33,514 nt of DNA from Rhodospirillales bacterium (GTDB lineage: Bacteria; Pseudomonadota; Alphaproteobacteria; Rhodospirillales; Defluviicoccaceae), in the NCBI GenBank assembly GCA_036787145.1, contig DAIQPV010000002.1, positions 1 to 33,514 on the forward strand. The letters run 5' to 3'. Under the pieces are notes generated by a model, which made no database searches, was not told where the DNA came from, and saw only the letters and a list, made by a program, of their open reading frames with translations. Both the position numbers and the translations under genes were made by a program. Below are positions 28,607 through 33,514 of the stretch, piece by piece. The number at the start of each line of letters is the position of its first letter. Within the stretch, counting starts at the first letter, position 1.

Positions 28607-28640
28607 TCACATGGTTCCGCCGCCCCGCGGAACCATGTGA
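28607..28640. repeat. Perfect 14-bp inverted repeat with 6-nt spacer upstream of ku
   Basis: TCACATGGTTCCGC-cgcccc-GCGGAACCATGTGA. Confidence 0.9.
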
Positions 28641-28654
28641 TCGAATCAGCTGTA
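28629..28654 (+). promoter_or_regulatory. Putative ECF sigma promoter upstream of ku-ligD
   Basis: GGAAC-N17-TGTA ending 30 nt before the ku GTG start; the -10 element is imperfect. Confidence 0.45.
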
Positions 28655-28684
28655 TAAAAAGACGGGTGGAGGAGGCTTGGAAGC

Positions 28685-29542
28685 GTGGCACCCCGTGCGA
28701 ACTGGAAAGGCTTTCTGAAGGTCGCGGAAGTGCAGTGTCCGGTTGCACTCTACACAGCAGCCTCCACATCGGACCGCATAACCTTTCATCTGCTCAACCG
28801 CGCGACCGGGCACCGGCTGCGCCGTCAGTATGTCGACAGTGTGAGCGGCCGACCGGTCAGCAGCGAGGAGCAGGTCAAGGGCTACGAGATCAGCCGTGAC
28901 GACTATATCGTCCTCGAAGAGGAAGAGGTCGCTGCGGTCGTTCCGGAAAACAACAAGACGCTCACCGTCCAGGCCTTCGTCAAATTCGGCAACATCGACC
29001 GCGTCTTTTTCGACCGCCCCTATTTCCTCGCGCCGAGCGATCGCGCCGGCGCTGACGCGTTCAACGTCATCAGAGAAGCGATGCAGTCAAGGGGCGTCGC
29101 GGCACTGGCACAAGCCGTCCTGTTTCGCCGGGCTCGGTTTCTTCTGCTCCACGGATATGGGGCTGGGATGCTCGCCAGCACGCTGAACTACAACTATCAG
29201 GTCCGCTCGGCAAAAGACGCGTTTGCCGACGTTCCGGAGCTCAAGCTCGAAGGCGAAATGCTCGCGCTCGCCGAGCATATCATCGAGACGAAGAAGGGAT
29301 CATTTGACCCGCGCGCATTTACAGATCGGTACGAGACCTCGTTGGTCGATCTCGTCAAGGCGAAAATGGAGGGCCGGACGATCACCCCCGCCCCAGAGCG
29401 CCAACCGAACAAGGTCGTCAATCTGATGGACGCGCTGCGCGAGAGCGCCCGCCTTGCGCAGCCGAACGCCGCCCCCGAGTCGAAAGCTGCATCGCGGCGA
29501 CGTGCGAAGAAGGGTTCGACGGCTGTCCGCAAGGCCGGCTAG
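28685..29542 (+). CDS. ku: Non-homologous end joining protein Ku (copy 1)
   Basis: APRANWKGFL, VKGYE, FDRPYFLAP, F.DRYE, VVNLMDALRES, basic tail; GGAGGAGG RBS. Confidence 0.95.
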   Translation: MAPRANWKGFLKVAEVQCPVALYTAASTSDRITFHLLNRATGHRLRRQYVDSVSGRPVSSEEQVKGYEISRDDYIVLEEEEVAAVVPENNKTLTVQAFVKFGNIDRVFFDRPYFLAPSDRAGADAFNVIREAMQSRGVAALAQAVLFRRARFLLLHGYGAGMLASTLNYNYQVRSAKDAFADVPELKLEGEMLALAEHIIETKKGSFDPRAFTDRYETSLVDLVKAKMEGRTITPAPERQPNKVVNLMDALRESARLAQPNAAPESKAASRRRAKKGSTAVRKAG

Positions 29543-29545
29543 GCA

Positions 29546-32080
29546 ATGCCGCTCGAAACCTATTCGCGAAAACGCGATTTTTCCGTTACCCCCGAGCCGC
29601 AGGGATCAGAAGGGCGAGAGATCGGCCACAGCTTCGTTATACAGAAGCATGCGGCCCGACGTCTGCATTACGACTTCCGGCTCGAGATGGCTGGCGTCCT
29701 GAAAAGCTGGGCGGTGGCGAAAGGCCCCAGCCTGGTGCCGGGCGAAAAGCGGCTCGCCGTCCACGTGGAGGACCACCCCCTCGAATATGGGGAGTTCGAG
29801 GGAACGATCCCGAAAGGGGAATACGGCGGCGGTACCGTTTTGCTGTGGGATCGGGGAAGCTGGACGCCCGTTCACGACCCTGAGGCCGGTTACGCCAAGG
29901 GTCATCTGGAATTCGAGTTGCAGGGCGAAAAGCTGCATGGGCGCTGGCATCTGGTGAAGATGGCGCGCAAGCCTCGCGAGAAGCGGGAAAACTGGCTGCT
30001 GATCAAGGGCGAAGATGACGCGGCCCGCACATCGGATGCGCCCGATATTCTCGAGGAGAAACCGCGATCGGTCAAAACCGGGCGATCGATCGACGACATC
30101 GCGGGCGAAAAGCCAGGCTGGTCCTCCAGGACCGGAAAGATCTCAGAAGACGCGCCACCGGTGCCGGAGCCGCAGCCGCTGCCGGAGGTGGAGAACGACC
30201 CCTCGAACGTTTCGGAGCTTGATCCCTCTTCCCTGCGAGGAGCGAAGCGGGCGCCGCTGCCGGCCTTCGTGGAGCCGATGCTGGCGTCGCCGCAAGCCAA
30301 GCCACCGGTGGGCGAGCGCTGGATCAGCGAAATAAAGTTCGATGGATACCGTCTGCAAGCTCGCCTTGAAGCGGGACGGGTGAAGCTGCTCACCCGAAGT
30401 TCCCTCGACTGGACGAAGAAGTTCGGCAGCGTCGTTGTCAAGGCGTTCCAGGATCTTCCGGTGGGCAGCGCCCTTTTCGACGGCGAACTGGTCGTGGAAC
30501 GTGCCTCCGGTGCGGCGGATTTTTCGGCTCTGCAGGCGGACTTGAGCGAAGGACGGAGCGACCGCTTCGTCTTCTATGCCTTCGACCTCCTTTACCTTGA
30601 CGGGTTTGACCTCTGCGGGGTTCCGCTGCTCGAGCGCAAGAGACTGCTCGAAGCCCTGGTGTCCTCCCAGGTCGGGCCGCTGCGGTTCAGTGCACATTTC
30701 GACGAGAACAGCGCCGTCGTCCTCCGCCACGCCTGCCGCCTCGGCCTCGAAGGGATCATCACCAAGCGGGCCGACAGCACCTACCGCCCGGGGCGAAGCA
30801 AGGCGTGGATCAAGTGCAAGTGCAGCTTCCGCCAGGAATTCGTGGTGGCCGGGTATGTCCCCTCCTCCACCTCGCGCAAGGCGGTCGGCTCCCTCGTCCT
30901 CGGCGTTTATGAAGGCGACAGCCTGAAGCACGTGGGCCGCGTTGGCACCGGCTTCACCCATTCCGTCAGCGAAGACCTGTTCCAGCGCCTGGAGCGAAGC
31001 AGGACGCCAACCAGCCCGTTCGACCGGCCGCTGACGGCGGAGGAAGGACGGCAGGTACGGTTTGTGCGCCCGGAGCTAGTCTGCGAGGTGGATTTCCGCG
31101 ACTGGACCGCCGACGGGCACTTGCGACACGCCTCTTTTCGCGGCCTCAGGGAGGATCGGGGGGTGCAGGACGTCCGGCGGGAAGCACCCGCATCGAAAGC
31201 GAGAGACGCATCCGCGCCGAAGCCGCGCCCTACGGTCAGGCTCACCCACCCCGATCGCGTTTATTGGCCGGATGCGGGCGTCACCAAGGAGGGCCTCGCG
31301 GACTATTACACCGACGTCTGGAGCCAGATCGCTCCGTTCATTACCGGCCGACCGCTTTCGCTGCTGCGCGGGCCGGAGGGAATCGGCGGCCAGACGTTCT
31401 TTCAGAAGCACGCCTGGAAGGGCCTGAACAAACATATCGCGCTGGTCGCGGATCCGAAGGAGAGCGGCGACGAACCCTTGATCAGCATCAATGAGCTCAG
31501 CGGGCTGATCGCCCTGGTGCAGGCGGCGGTCCTCGAGATCCATCCCTGGGGATCGACGGTGGCGGCCTGGGAACAGCCGGACGTGCTCATCATCGATCTC
31601 GACCCCGGCCCGGAGGTGACGTGGGATCAAGTGATCGCCGCCGCCCGGGAGGTGCGCGAACGCCTGAAGCAGAGCGGGCTTGCGTCTTTCGTCAAGACGA
31701 CAGGCGGCAAGGGTCTGCATGTGGTCTCGCCGCTGCGGCCGGAGGCCCGATGGCCGGCGGTTAAGACGTTTGCCAAGGACCTTGCTGAGTCCATGTCCTC
31801 CGACAGCAGGGACCGCTTCGTGGCGACAATGCCGAAGGCTGAACGACACGGGCGGATCCTGGTCGATTATCTGCGCAATCAGCGGGGTGCCACCGCCGTC
31901 GCCGCTTTCTCGACCCGGGCCCGCCCCGGTGCTGCCGTCTCGATGCCGCTGAGTTGGGAGGAACTGAGCCCCGCCATCGGACCGGCCTACTTCACCGTGG
32001 CTAACACCCCTAAGAGGCTCGCTTCGCTGACGGCGGATCCCTGGCAAGGGTTTCGGGAAGCTGCCGTCCCGCTGCCCTGA
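29546..32080 (+). CDS. ligD: DNA ligase D (phosphoesterase-ligase-polymerase)
   Basis: QKHAARRLHYDFRLE (phosphoesterase), EIKFDGYR, FDLL and EGIITK (ligase), FFQKH, DLDP and KTTGGKGLH (polymerase). Confidence 0.97.
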   Translation: MPLETYSRKRDFSVTPEPQGSEGREIGHSFVIQKHAARRLHYDFRLEMAGVLKSWAVAKGPSLVPGEKRLAVHVEDHPLEYGEFEGTIPKGEYGGGTVLLWDRGSWTPVHDPEAGYAKGHLEFELQGEKLHGRWHLVKMARKPREKRENWLLIKGEDDAARTSDAPDILEEKPRSVKTGRSIDDIAGEKPGWSSRTGKISEDAPPVPEPQPLPEVENDPSNVSELDPSSLRGAKRAPLPAFVEPMLASPQAKPPVGERWISEIKFDGYRLQARLEAGRVKLLTRSSLDWTKKFGSVVVKAFQDLPVGSALFDGELVVERASGAADFSALQADLSEGRSDRFVFYAFDLLYLDGFDLCGVPLLERKRLLEALVSSQVGPLRFSAHFDENSAVVLRHACRLGLEGIITKRADSTYRPGRSKAWIKCKCSFRQEFVVAGYVPSSTSRKAVGSLVLGVYEGDSLKHVGRVGTGFTHSVSEDLFQRLERSRTPTSPFDRPLTAEEGRQVRFVRPELVCEVDFRDWTADGHLRHASFRGLREDRGVQDVRREAPASKARDASAPKPRPTVRLTHPDRVYWPDAGVTKEGLADYYTDVWSQIAPFITGRPLSLLRGPEGIGGQTFFQKHAWKGLNKHIALVADPKESGDEPLISINELSGLIALVQAAVLEIHPWGSTVAAWEQPDVLIIDLDPGPEVTWDQVIAAAREVRERLKQSGLASFVKTTGGKGLHVVSPLRPEARWPAVKTFAKDLAESMSSDSRDRFVATMPKAERHGRILVDYLRNQRGATAVAAFSTRARPGAAVSMPLSWEELSPAIGPAYFTVANTPKRLASLTADPWQGFREAAVPLP

Positions 32081-32104
32081 ACCGCACCTGACGCGGCAGC
32101 GAGC

Positions 32105-32929
32105 CTAACGCCGCTTGGTCGGTCGCCCCTTTTCCGGAGCCTTTTCCGCCGAAATGCTTTGGCGCAGGGCGTCCATGATGTTGATCACGTTGTCCTGCGG
32201 TTCCGGTTGGGCCTTACTCTTCGTCGGCGAAGACTTTCTGCCGCGTTTTTTGGATGCAATCAGCTCCAGCAAACGGTCCTGAACGGGATCGCTGATCAGC
32301 GCCGGATCCCAGGGCTTCGTCCTTTCGTCGATGAGGGTCTGGGCAAGTTTCATCAGCTCGGGATCCACTTCGGCCAGGCGGATGCCTTCAAAATGGGCTT
32401 CCGCCTGACGGACCTCGTCACCATAACGCAGCGTCCAAAGGACGATTCCCCGCCCGCAGGGCGTCAGCGCCACGGCGCGTTCGCGGCGATAGAGCACGAG
32501 GCGCGAAATGCCCACCATGCCGGTGGCCTCCATCGCGTCCCGGATCACCGCGAAGGCTTCCTCGCCGACCCGGTCGTCCGGGGTGAGGTAGTGCGGCTTG
32601 TCGTACCAGATCCATTCGATGCTATCGCGCGGCACGAACATTTCGATGTTGATCGTCCGGGTGCTTTCGAGCGCGACAGCGGCGATCTCGTCGTCTTCGA
32701 GGACGACATATTCGTCTTTGGCGCTTTCGTACCCCTTGACCTCGTCGTCTTCCTCGACCGGCTGCCCGGTGACGGCATCCACGTACTGGCTGACGACCGG
32801 GTTCCCGCTCTCGCGATTCAGCGTGCGGAAACGAACCTTCTCGTTGTCGGACGTGGCGGGCACCATCGCGACCGGGCAGGTGACCAGCGAAAGCTTTAGA
32901 TAACCTTTCCAGAACGCGCGCGGAGCCAT
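32105..32929 (-). CDS. ku: Non-homologous end joining protein Ku (copy 2)
   Basis: MAPRAFWKGYLKLSLVTCPV, VKGYE, YDKPHYL, TLRY..EVR, NVINIMDALRQS; start trimmed to ATG 32929 (GGAGAAG RBS). Confidence 0.95.
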   Translation of the reverse strand: MAPRAFWKGYLKLSLVTCPVAMVPATSDNEKVRFRTLNRESGNPVVSQYVDAVTGQPVEEDDEVKGYESAKDEYVVLEDDEIAAVALESTRTINIEMFVPRDSIEWIWYDKPHYLTPDDRVGEEAFAVIRDAMEATGMVGISRLVLYRRERAVALTPCGRGIVLWTLRYGDEVRQAEAHFEGIRLAEVDPELMKLAQTLIDERTKPWDPALISDPVQDRLLELIASKKRGRKSSPTKSKAQPEPQDNVINIMDALRQSISAEKAPEKGRPTKRR

Positions 32930-33120
32930 AGTGCTTCTCCAAGCGGAGCCGCCTGCAGAATGACGCCGCAACGGGAGTTGTCCAGCGCATTGGCGGCAAG
33001 GAACCCGCAATCAGGCCCGGCGCGCGCGCGTTAACCGCAGATTGCGTCCAAGCCTGCGCTGCCCTGGGGAGAGCCCAGGGAGCGTCCAAGCTTAAACCTT
33101 CGTCAAGACAGCCACCGCCC

Positions 33121-33514
33121 TCACGGAGTAGGCTTTTCGCCCATCTTGCGTTCCGACGGGCTCACGTTGCCTTCCGAGGTTCCTTTCGTAATATCCTTCA
33201 TCTCGACAGGAGTTTCGGGCACTTTCGGTTGAGCGGGCGGCTGGACGTCCTTGCCCAAAGCCGTGCCGGTATGCGGTGCTGTACCCTGAGCCTTCGGCTC
33301 CGGCGTGCCCGGCCGCGGCGCACCGAGGCTTTCCGCCGGTGGCGTGGCGTTCCCCATCCCGGTGCCGGTGTGGGGTGCGGTTCCCTGCACACCATCCGGC
33401 ACCTTCGGGGTAGAAGTGGTCTCCGCCGCCAGCACGAAACCGCCGGCACCGCCTGCGGCTTGGACCGCTGTTGCCGCAGCGAGGGCACTGCCGGCGAGAG
33501 CAACGACTGCCGCC
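33121..33514 (-). CDS. Small secreted Pro/Thr/Gly-rich protein, partial; start lies beyond the window
   Basis: Frame is open to the window edge and reads ...AAVVALAGSALAAATAVQA (signal-peptide-like), followed by a low-complexity region with QGTAPHTGT twice. Confidence 0.7.
   Translation of the reverse strand, partial: AAVVALAGSALAAATAVQAAGGAGGFVLAAETTSTPKVPDGVQGTAPHTGTGMGNATPPAESLGAPRPGTPEPKAQGTAPHTGTALGKDVQPPAQPKVPETPVEMKDITKGTSEGNVSPSERKMGEKPTP

Noticed and set aside
33000..33032. GGAAC...CGTT ECF-like promoter near ku2
   Set aside because: Wrong strand for ku2 and the 24-nt spacing is too long.
1..33514. CRISPR arrays, tRNA/rRNA genes, IS elements, prophage genes
   Set aside because: No regularly spaced repeats, tRNA or rRNA signatures, transposase, integrase or phage-like ORFs were recognised by eye.

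Overview
GC-rich (visually about 65-70%) bacterial chromosomal window, most likely alphaproteobacterial, inferred from the hisG-hisD-UPF0262-LMW phosphatase and yqgE/dsbD/peroxiredoxin gene orders. It holds about 31 CDSs, two truncated by the window edges. I recognise no rRNA, tRNA, CRISPR array, transposase or integrase. The left third is mostly housekeeping: MaoC-type hydratase (partial), hbd, a glycosyltransferase-like/ELM1-family pair, rfbD, a CHAD protein, the his cluster, yqgE, ScsB-type dsbD, peroxiredoxin and hemerythrin. The hisG-yqgE spacer carries a tight DnaA-box cluster. The middle contains a LysR/flavin-binding pair and the best candidate for an undescribed system: an Fe-S-type Rrf2 regulator with two tandem palindromic boxes, divergent from an orphan protein, two YeeE/YedE transporters and a CoA-disulfide reductase-rhodanese fusion (a putative persulfide-handling module). 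The right part encodes an aldo/keto reductase-sirtuin pair, a lower-GC cyclase-TPR gene, a P-type ATPase with atypical ion-site residues next to an unknown membrane protein, an RlpA-like protein and an NHEJ locus (ku-ligD plus a convergent second ku). rlpA and ku-ligD share a near-identical ECF-sigma-like promoter motif. All calls come from motif recognition only; no database search was run.
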